Origin: Minisyncoccota bacterium
Lineage (GTDB): Bacteria; Patescibacteriota; Minisyncoccia; Phycocordibacterales; Phycocordibacteraceae
Direction of reading: 5' to 3'
Assembly (NCBI GenBank): GCA_022842945.1
Contig: JALHOO010000003.1
Location: forward strand, 14,458-78,457
DNA: 64,000 nt
This document shows positions 58,801 through 64,000 of the stretch, piece after piece. Under the pieces are notes generated by a model. It searched no databases. It worked only from the letters and a program-made list of their open reading frames with translations, and was not told the origin of the DNA. A program made the position numbers and the translations under genes. Positions within the stretch are counted from its first letter, which is position 1, and each line of letters opens with the position of its first letter.

Positions 58801-58860
58801 GGAAGCACCATAAAACCCGCGACCTGAATGGTCGCGGGTTTTATGCTACTCTCTCGATAC

Positions 58861-58932
58861 GCTCTCTTAGTTCAATGGATAGAACGGAGGTTTCCTAAAC
58901 CTTAGATTCAGGTTCGACTCCTGGAGAGAGCA
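58861..58932 (+). tRNA. tRNA-Arg(CCT)
   Basis: Acceptor GCTCTCT/AGAGAGC; anticodon loop TTCCTAA; TTCGACT loop. Confidence 0.93.
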
Positions 58933-58957
58933 TGTAAATGGTATACTCGACATACTC

Positions 58958-59269
58958 ATGCCACCCGTTGAAGGACACGCAGAACTAAAGAAACTGCTTG
59001 AAGAAAACCTGGCGGTTGCCAAGGACAATAACCGTCTCCTGCGGGAACTTCGCCGCAACGCTATCCTCGGTCTTATCGCAAAGGTAGTTATTTGGCTTGT
59101 TATTCTCGGCGTCCCACTCTTCTTCCTTTCGGCATACCTCGGTCCCCTCATGGAAGTCCTCTCAGGGCAGAATACAGGCTCAGAGAGCCTTCCTACAAGT
59201 ATTCTTGGTTTCCCCTCAGAGGAGCAGATTAGCCAGATACTTGAACAGTATAGGGCGGCAGGAGAGTAG
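58958..59269 (+). CDS. Small membrane hypothetical protein
   Basis: LLEENL..AKDNNRLLR coiled coil followed by a TM. Confidence 0.75.
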   Translation: MPPVEGHAELKKLLEENLAVAKDNNRLLRELRRNAILGLIAKVVIWLVILGVPLFFLSAYLGPLMEVLSGQNTGSESLPTSILGFPSEEQISQILEQYRAAGE

Positions 59270-59317
59270 GAGGCGGGGGATGAAAGCTCCGTTCTAATGT
59301 GATAAAGTGCTGATATT

Positions 59318-59393
59318 GCTTGGATAGCTCAGTTGGTAGAGCACACCCCTGAAGAGGGTGGGGTCCCCGGTTCGAGCCCGGGTCCAAGCACCA
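59318..59393 (+). tRNA. tRNA-Phe(GAA)
   Basis: Acceptor GCTTGGA/TCCAAGC; anticodon loop CTGAAGA; encoded CCA. Confidence 0.95.
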
Positions 59394-59425
59394 GAAGACA
59401 CGTCAGTATGGCGTATAGTTAATGC

Positions 59426-60508
59426 ATGATCCGAAACATGCTCTCCTGGGCACAGCGGAATGAACGACACCTTGGCGCGGTGGTGTTCGTGTTTGGCTTT
59501 ATAACGGACATCATTACGTTCGTGTTTCTTGATATATCGGTAGTGAACCTGGTGTTCCTTGGATACCTTGGTCTCGCAACATTGTCGCTGCTGGTAAGCC
59601 ATATTCTTTCCTCTCGCCAGCCAGAGAATCCCTCAGTCCGGTATCGTAGCGCGCTCGTTATTCTTCCTCTCATAACGCAGTACCTCATCGGAAACCTGCT
59701 CTCAGGGTTCCTCATCTTCTATACCAAGAGCTCGGTACTCGGGGCATCCTGGCCGTTCTTGGTTCTCCTTGCGCTTATCTTCATCGGAAACGAATGGTTC
59801 CGAAAGTACAAGGACCGTATCGCTTTCATGGCGGTGCTCCTGTTCTTTACGACCTACGCCTATACGCTTTTTGCGCTTCCGTTATTTGTGTATTCGCTCG
59901 GCCCTCTTGTGTTTGTGGGAAGCACGCTCATAGCGCTCGGATGGTTCGCCCTGTTTCTGTTCTTGTTGTACCTAGCAGGAAGAGCGAAGCTGGTGCAAAG
60001 TTTGGCGCCAATTATTGGTTCGATGCTGGTTATAACCACACTGGTATCAAGTGCCTACTTCTCGGGCCTTATCCCGCCCATACCGCTCACGCTCAAAGAA
60101 GGCGGTATATATCACACCGTAGTTCCGGAAGCAGGGAACTATGTCCTCACCGGAGAGCCAGAGCGTCCGTGGTATGACCTACGGCCTGCCGTTGTGCATG
60201 TGTTGCCCGGACAATCTGTATCAGCCTTTGCCTCTGTGTTCGCACCCATACGGTTTGGTACGGTTGTGGTGCACCGATGGCAGCGATATGACGAAGAGAA
60301 AGGATCGTGGGTTACACAAAGTCGTATAGCGTTTCCTATATCTGGAGGACGCCAGGGCGGGTACAGAGGCTACTCAGAAATCTCAAACACTATACCGGGA
60401 GAGTGGCGGGTGCGTGTTGAGACTGAACACGGACAGGTTATCGGACAGATTAGGTTTACAATTGAGCGCACTTCTGTACCGCCATCCTTAACAAAGACCA
60501 TACGATAG
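59426..60508 (+). CDS. DUF2914 domain membrane protein
   Basis: Multiple TMs; ISGGRQGGYRGYS and GEWRVRVET motifs. Confidence 0.85.
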   Translation: MIRNMLSWAQRNERHLGAVVFVFGFITDIITFVFLDISVVNLVFLGYLGLATLSLLVSHILSSRQPENPSVRYRSALVILPLITQYLIGNLLSGFLIFYTKSSVLGASWPFLVLLALIFIGNEWFRKYKDRIAFMAVLLFFTTYAYTLFALPLFVYSLGPLVFVGSTLIALGWFALFLFLLYLAGRAKLVQSLAPIIGSMLVITTLVSSAYFSGLIPPIPLTLKEGGIYHTVVPEAGNYVLTGEPERPWYDLRPAVVHVLPGQSVSAFASVFAPIRFGTVVVHRWQRYDEEKGSWVTQSRIAFPISGGRQGGYRGYSEISNTIPGEWRVRVETEHGQVIGQIRFTIERTSVPPSLTKTIR

Positions 60509-60548
60509 AAAAAGCCCCGGGAATACCGGGGCTTTTCTCAAAGAAAGG

Positions 60549-61058
60549 CTATCCTGCCTTAACGCGCAGCTTCGTCTGTCGTGCCTTATCTAGTTTAGGA
60601 AGGATAAGGGAGAGGAGGCCGTCTTTTGCGCCGGCAGTACAGTTGTCTACATCAACTTCTTGGGGCAAGAGAATGGTGCGAGAGAACGAGCCCCAGAAGA
60701 GTTCGCGGGTGAAGTAGTCTGAGTCAACCACTGAATCACGCTCATCACGAGATCCTTCAATCACTACCATGTCGCGGCTTATGGAAACATTGAGCTCGTC
60801 GGGGCGTACGCCTGCCACAAATGCACGGATAACAATCTCGTTAGGAGTCTGGTACACGTCTACCGGAAGCTGTCCCTCGCTCTGGTCCTCCTCAATAACG
60901 TTCGCGAACGAGCGCTCAGGAAAAGCCTGTGTAGCTATTGGGCGAGAAGCACCGTTGATGATGGTCTGCTGAGGCAGGATGTCGTCGTCGAAAGAGTCGT
61001 ACCCGTCATCCATCGGGACGGAACCAGAGAGGCGGTCGAAGAAAGATCGTTTTTTCAT
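60549..61058 (-). CDS. Hsp20/alpha-crystallin small heat shock protein
   Basis: VDVYQT, ELFWGSFSRTILLP and DGLLSLILPK motifs. Confidence 0.93.
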   Translation of the reverse strand: MKKRSFFDRLSGSVPMDDGYDSFDDDILPQQTIINGASRPIATQAFPERSFANVIEEDQSEGQLPVDVYQTPNEIVIRAFVAGVRPDELNVSISRDMVVIEGSRDERDSVVDSDYFTRELFWGSFSRTILLPQEVDVDNCTAGAKDGLLSLILPKLDKARQTKLRVKAG

Positions 61059-61065
61059 AAGAGTG

Positions 61066-61779
61066 TTAGATATCGCACGTGTTCTTGGGTACGTTCCGAT
61101 ACCGGAAGTATTTTAAAGTCTCAAAGAGTGCGAAGAGTACTACGGCCCCACTCCACACCATGAAGAAGGCAAGGAGCGTGAACGAACCGCTTCCATCAAT
61201 TATAAGGAAATTGAAAAGGGCATGCAATGCGATAGCAAGGATAAGTCCAATGGTTGCGAACACGGTACGCACTACGCGACTCTTGCGGAACGAGAAGGCC
61301 AGTGCAAATCCAATTGCCGACGACGCAACTACATGAAGAAGCGTAGAACCAATGAAGCGTAGGTTTCCGGTGAGGAATCCTTCAGCAATATTTCCTCCGG
61401 AGAGCGGTGCAAGTAGGAAGAGTGCGTTCTCAAGTGCGGCAAACCCAAGTGCCACCGTAAGCATGTAGATAACAAGATCGAGAGACTCATCTACTGACCT
61501 CCTCCATAGCACCATAATAGCGGCCAGCAAATACTTCACGGTCTCCTCAATAGCTGCCCACGCGATAATAACCGGGATACCTGCGGGCAAGATGAGTACC
61601 GAGAAACGCTCAAGGGGAAGTACCAACGGAACCGAAAGAATACCGGCAAAGAATGCCAGTGCAATCATGTGGCGTGGCTCAGGACACCGACGATCCTCCT
61701 TTAAAAGGAAGTACAGCCATACAAGGGCCGGCAGAATGCCGCCGAGGAAGGCGTATATAAGGGTCTCAGTGGAGAGCAT
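61066..61779 (-). CDS. PrsW family intramembrane metalloprotease
   Basis: IEETVK, GFAALEN and HALFN motifs. Confidence 0.9.
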   Translation of the reverse strand: MLSTETLIYAFLGGILPALVWLYFLLKEDRRCPEPRHMIALAFFAGILSVPLVLPLERFSVLILPAGIPVIIAWAAIEETVKYLLAAIMVLWRRSVDESLDLVIYMLTVALGFAALENALFLLAPLSGGNIAEGFLTGNLRFIGSTLLHVVASSAIGFALAFSFRKSRVVRTVFATIGLILAIALHALFNFLIIDGSGSFTLLAFFMVWSGAVVLFALFETLKYFRYRNVPKNTCDI

Positions 61780-61789
61780 CCTCCTTATT

Positions 61790-63937
61790 CTACACTGCTG
61801 TCGCTGGCCACTTTTCCACCATCAAGAGTGTGTCCTTAGTTCGGACGCTCTTCCAGATCTCTTCCGTAACAAACGGCATGAATGGGTGGAGGAGCTTCAA
61901 GATATCGGTTAGGAGCGATAGAAGAAGTACCTTGCGTGAAGCTTTTGCCGCTTCGTCTTCGCCAGTAAAGATCGTCTTGGATTCTTCGATGAGTTCGTCA
62001 GCGAGACGGTGCCAGGCGAAGTGGTAGAGCTTCTCTGCAGCCATGTAGATACGATGCTCGTTAATATCTCTCGTTACATCTGCTGCGAGTGCCGCTAACT
62101 CTTCGCGCACTGCAGAGTCAGTCTCGGTTAGCGGCGCGTCTTTTGCTCCTTCAGTTTCTGTAAGAACATAGCGGGTGATGTTCCAGAGTTTGTTAGCGAA
62201 GTTCTTGTAGCCCTTAATCTTGTCCTCGCTAATGCGGGTGTCTGTGCCGGGTGTGTTGCCCACAATAAGTGCCATGCGTGCCGCGTCTGCACCGAACGTG
62301 TCGGCAATCTCAAGCGGATCAAGATTGTTGCCAAGAGACTTCGACATCTTGCGTCCTTGTGCGTCACGCACGAGTCCATGGAGATAGACCGTCTTGAACG
62401 GCACCGTATCAAGTGCAAAGCCGGTCATGAGAATCATGCGGGCAACCCAGAAGAAGAGGATGTCGTATCCGGTTTCAAGAAGAGCGGTAGGGTGGTATGC
62501 GACAAGCTCCGGTGTCTCTTCAGGCCAGCCGAGAGTTGAGAAGGTCCAGAGTCCAGACGAGAACCAAGTATCGAGCGTATCCTCGTCTTGTACCCATCCC
62601 TCTCCCTCGGGTGCGGCACCAACCACGATCTCCTCTCCTCGATACCACACCGGTACGCGATGTCCGTACCAAATCTGGCGGCTGATGCACCAGTCCCTCA
62701 GGTTCTCAATCCAGTGGAAGTACGTCTTATCAAAATGCTCCGGGATAATCTCAATGCGCCCGTCCTTAACCGGGTCAAGCATAAGCTGCTTCAGAGACTT
62801 TCCACGTCCTGGAATCTCCTTGTTCACGTCGATGAACCACTGCAACTTCGGCAAGGGTTCGATAACACCGCTGGTGCGCTCTGCAAGAGAAATGTTCTGC
62901 GTAACCTCTTCCTCCTTTTCTAGAAGACCTTCAGTGCGTAGCCACTCAACAACCGTTGAACGTGCCTCGCCAACTTTCATGCCGTTCAATTGTCCCTCTA
63001 CGGTCATCTTCGCGTACTCGTTAATAACCGGTATACGAGGAAGGTCATGGCGGTCAGCAATTTCCCAGTCAATCTGGCTGTGTGCTGGAGTAACGCCAAG
63101 GGCTCCGGTACCGAACGCTGGGTCAACCTCCTTGTCTGCAACGATGCGAACCGTTATCGGTACGTCGCAGAATACCGCTTCATAGGTCTTGCCAACGAAC
63201 TTCGCATAGCGCGTATCGTCCGGATGCACGGCAACCGCAACATCCCCCACCTTTGTTTCAGGGCGTGTGGTGGAGATGGTAATAGGGAAGTCCTTTGCAT
63301 ATTTAAACGTATAGAGCGTTCCCTTGCGCTCCTCATGCACAATCTCGTCGTCTGAAATGGTGGTCTGGCCTTTGGGGTCCCAGTTAACAATACGGTTGCC
63401 ACGATATATGAGACCCGCGTCATACATCTGCTTGAAGACGGTGTACACCGCTTTGGTGCGCGGTGCGTCGAGCGTGAATGCTTCGCGAGACCAGTCGAGA
63501 GACGCGCCCATAACTTTCAACTGAGAGACGATGGTGTCATGACTCTCGTTTGCAAAATCTCCAATCCGGCGCAACAGTTCTTCGCGTCCAAGATCATGAC
63601 GACTCTTGCCCTCTTTCTTCATGATGTCTTTCTCAACCACAGACTGTGTAGCGATAGCTGCGTGATCGGTTCCTGGAATCCAGAGCGTGCGGAATCCCTG
63701 CATGCGCTTGGTACGTACGAACACGTCTTCAACCGCAAGCATGAGTGCGTGACCCATATGAAGGCGTCCCGTTACGTTCGGTGGAGGAAGGACTATGGAA
63801 TAGGTTTCAGCAGAAGCCTCAGTTAGGCCATCTTTGATCATCTGGTCCGGGTTGAAATACCCACTCTCCTCCCACTCCGCATAGATACGAGCTTCGGTTG
63901 CTTTGGGGTCGTACGGCTTCAAGAATTTGTCGTCCAT
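61790..63937 (-). CDS. valS: Valine--tRNA ligase (short form)
   Basis: PPPNVTGRLHMGH, DWCISRQ, DTWFSS and KMSKS motifs. Confidence 0.97.
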   Translation of the reverse strand: MDDKFLKPYDPKATEARIYAEWEESGYFNPDQMIKDGLTEASAETYSIVLPPPNVTGRLHMGHALMLAVEDVFVRTKRMQGFRTLWIPGTDHAAIATQSVVEKDIMKKEGKSRHDLGREELLRRIGDFANESHDTIVSQLKVMGASLDWSREAFTLDAPRTKAVYTVFKQMYDAGLIYRGNRIVNWDPKGQTTISDDEIVHEERKGTLYTFKYAKDFPITISTTRPETKVGDVAVAVHPDDTRYAKFVGKTYEAVFCDVPITVRIVADKEVDPAFGTGALGVTPAHSQIDWEIADRHDLPRIPVINEYAKMTVEGQLNGMKVGEARSTVVEWLRTEGLLEKEEEVTQNISLAERTSGVIEPLPKLQWFIDVNKEIPGRGKSLKQLMLDPVKDGRIEIIPEHFDKTYFHWIENLRDWCISRQIWYGHRVPVWYRGEEIVVGAAPEGEGWVQDEDTLDTWFSSGLWTFSTLGWPEETPELVAYHPTALLETGYDILFFWVARMILMTGFALDTVPFKTVYLHGLVRDAQGRKMSKSLGNNLDPLEIADTFGADAARMALIVGNTPGTDTRISEDKIKGYKNFANKLWNITRYVLTETEGAKDAPLTETDSAVREELAALAADVTRDINEHRIYMAAEKLYHFAWHRLADELIEESKTIFTGEDEAAKASRKVLLLSLLTDILKLLHPFMPFVTEEIWKSVRTKDTLLMVEKWPATAV

Positions 63938-64000
63938 GTATACGGAATATAGCAAAAAAGCGCCTTATACGCTCGCAGGAGAAAGGGAGAGGTTGCCGCT

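Overview
Chromosomal window from a Patescibacteria (CPR, Parcubacteria-like) genome. This assignment is inferred from the peptidoglycan-binding surface protein, DUF5667 and DUF2914 proteins, free-standing LAGLIDADG genes, a short ValS and pervasive leaderless genes. The backbone carries typA, a DEAD-box helicase, rnj, secG, groES/groEL, lemA/htpX, murJ, lepA, valS, rnpB, three tRNAs and a probable 6S RNA. The main unexplained structure lies at about 22.66-28.84 kb. It is an array of 11 direct copies, plus one partial tRNA-like copy, of a 30-bp sequence (GGTTCCAACATCGTCCCAGACTGCCAGCAA). The copies separate self-contained, mostly single-gene cassettes: NDT-like, PIG-L, NUDIX, YdcF, two HAD, several hypotheticals and one apparently RNA-only unit. 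No cas gene, intI or attC palindrome is seen, so this may be an undescribed gene-cassette capture system. Other notable items are a Caulobacter-like GcrA and a GC-rich alphaproteobacterial-type outer-membrane beta-barrel gene (possibly host-derived), a class of Shine-Dalgarno-led orphan genes in a leaderless genome, and candidate structured RNAs. All calls come from reading the sequence by eye; no database searches were run.
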